The notes under the pieces: model-generated
What the model was told of the DNA's origin: nothing
Database searches by the model: none
What the model saw: only the letters and a program-made list of their open reading frames with translations
Origin: a virus
Direction: 5' to 3' (one strand)
DNA length: 33,307 nucleotides
Virus record (IMG/VR): IMGVR_UViG_3300015369_000022
Span: 1-33,307 of that record
Part shown: positions 32,436 to 33,307 of the stretch, in pieces
How positions within the stretch are numbered: position 1 is the stretch's first letter
How the letters are laid out: each line of letters begins with the position of its first letter
Position numbers and translations under genes: made by a program

Positions 32436-33307
32436 GGGCTACAACATCAAGGATGTGCTCGCATATCTTGAGCCTTCGGAGCTCGATTATACGGAGTGGA
32501 CTAAGGTCGGAATGGGGCTCAAGGAGTCCGGATATTCCGTCGAGATATGGGATGACTGGTCCGCCAGGGATCCGGGCCGATATCATCCGGGCGAATGTGA
32601 GAAAAAGTGGAATTCATTCCGCGGAGGCTATGACAGGGATGTATCCGTCGGATCTATCGTCCAGATGGCTAAGGATCGCGGCTGGATGCCGCCGGTCGAG
32701 GAAGGCCACGAGCTGTCATGGGATGATTACATCGGCAAGGACAAGAAGGTCATCGACAAGGCATGGCTCGAGGGCGAGGAAGTCCATGAGCCGAATGATA
32801 AGGAATGGAAGCAAGCCGCGGAGCTGATCAAGTACATTGATACGCTCTTCGCATCCGATGAGTATGTCGGATATGTATGTGAGGCATGGCAAAACAAGGA
32901 CGGGAAATATCTCCCATCCAAAGGCGTGTATACGATGACGGCCGGCGAGCTGATTGACAAGCTGTCGAAGTGTAAGAATAACGACATCGGCTCCGTACTC
33001 GGAGATTATAAGCCGGAGGTCGGAGCATGGATCCGCTTTAATCCGCTTGATGGTAAGGGAGTCAAGAATGACAATGTCACGGATTTCAGATATGCACTGG
33101 TAGAGTCTGACACGATGCCGATCGATAAGCAAAATGCCATGATCAGAGAGCTGGAGCTTCCGGTCGCATGCCTTGTGTATTCCGGCGGAAAGTCAGTCCA
33201 TGCAATCGTCAAGATCGACGCGGCTGATTATGCCGAATATCGGAAGCGTGTTGATTACCTTTATGAGGTATGTAAGCAAAACGGACTTGTCATCGATACG
33301 CAAAACA
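32425..33307 (+). CDS. Primase-helicase, N-terminal part (PriCT-2-like domain plus primase-polymerase-like core); continues to 1346 across the junction, about 695 aa in total
   Basis: ATG 32425 overlaps the helicase stop. Motifs are YTEWTKVGMGLKESGYSVEIWDDWS (PriCT-2-like) and VESD...VYSGGKSVHA (catalytic-core-like). There is no stop codon before the window end. Confidence 0.8.
   Translation, partial: MDGKGYNIKDVLAYLEPSELDYTEWTKVGMGLKESGYSVEIWDDWSARDPGRYHPGECEKKWNSFRGGYDRDVSVGSIVQMAKDRGWMPPVEEGHELSWDDYIGKDKKVIDKAWLEGEEVHEPNDKEWKQAAELIKYIDTLFASDEYVGYVCEAWQNKDGKYLPSKGVYTMTAGELIDKLSKCKNNDIGSVLGDYKPEVGAWIRFNPLDGKGVKNDNVTDFRYALVESDTMPIDKQNAMIRELELPVACLVYSGGKSVHAIVKIDAADYAEYRKRVDYLYEVCKQNGLVIDTQN
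33167..33307. repeat. Terminal overlap copy 2 (identical to 1-141)
   Basis: Read directly. The copy is in frame with the ORF that starts at 32425. Confidence 0.95.

Larger units (their letters stand above)
1..33307. mobile_element. Complete temperate tailed-phage genome (circular map, unit 33166 bp)
   Basis: Full set of replication, packaging, head, tail, lysis and lysogeny modules. The window ends overlap by 141 bp. Confidence 0.9.

Overview
The window is one complete temperate siphovirus-type phage genome with HK97-like head genes. Bases 1-141 are identical to 33167-33307, so the unit length is 33,166 bp and the primase-helicase gene (start 32425) runs across the junction to 1346. AGGAGG-type ribosome binding sites and the gene families present (SPP1-type holin, Sipho_Gp157, Sak4-like AAA_24 ATPase, DUF669, P27-type TerS with HNH) suggest a Firmicutes/Clostridia host; this is inference only.

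Gene order on the + strand:
- Iteron-rich putative origin (1347-1560).
- Small early/middle genes, including a PD-(D/E)XK resolvase-like nuclease and a homing-type HNH.
- Sigma-r4-like late regulator.
- HNH, a P-loop moron, TerS, TerL, portal, ClpP-type protease, major capsid protein and head-tail joining genes.
- Major tail protein, G/GT chaperone with a -1 frameshift, tape measure, Dit, Gp37-like protein and tail fibre.
- Holin, endolysin, and a small tyrosine recombinase.

The lysogeny module is on the - strand (integrase, LexA-like CI repressor). It sits next to an attP that carries a tRNA 3' end. A rightward early/replication operon follows (Gp157, Sak4-like ATPase, DUF669, SF2 helicase, primase-helicase).

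Headline finding: the tail-fibre gene appears to be the expression site of a four-cassette DNA shufflon. A 10-bp core, TAAACAGCAA, occurs four times in alternating orientation, always in the same reading-frame register. Each copy lies exactly at the N-terminal edge of one of four homologous ~85-aa fibre C-terminal cassettes. The cassettes form two convergent pairs. The pairs are split by the lysis genes and a XerC/D-sized tyrosine recombinase that is distinct from the integrase, and the recombinase stop codon lies inside one core.
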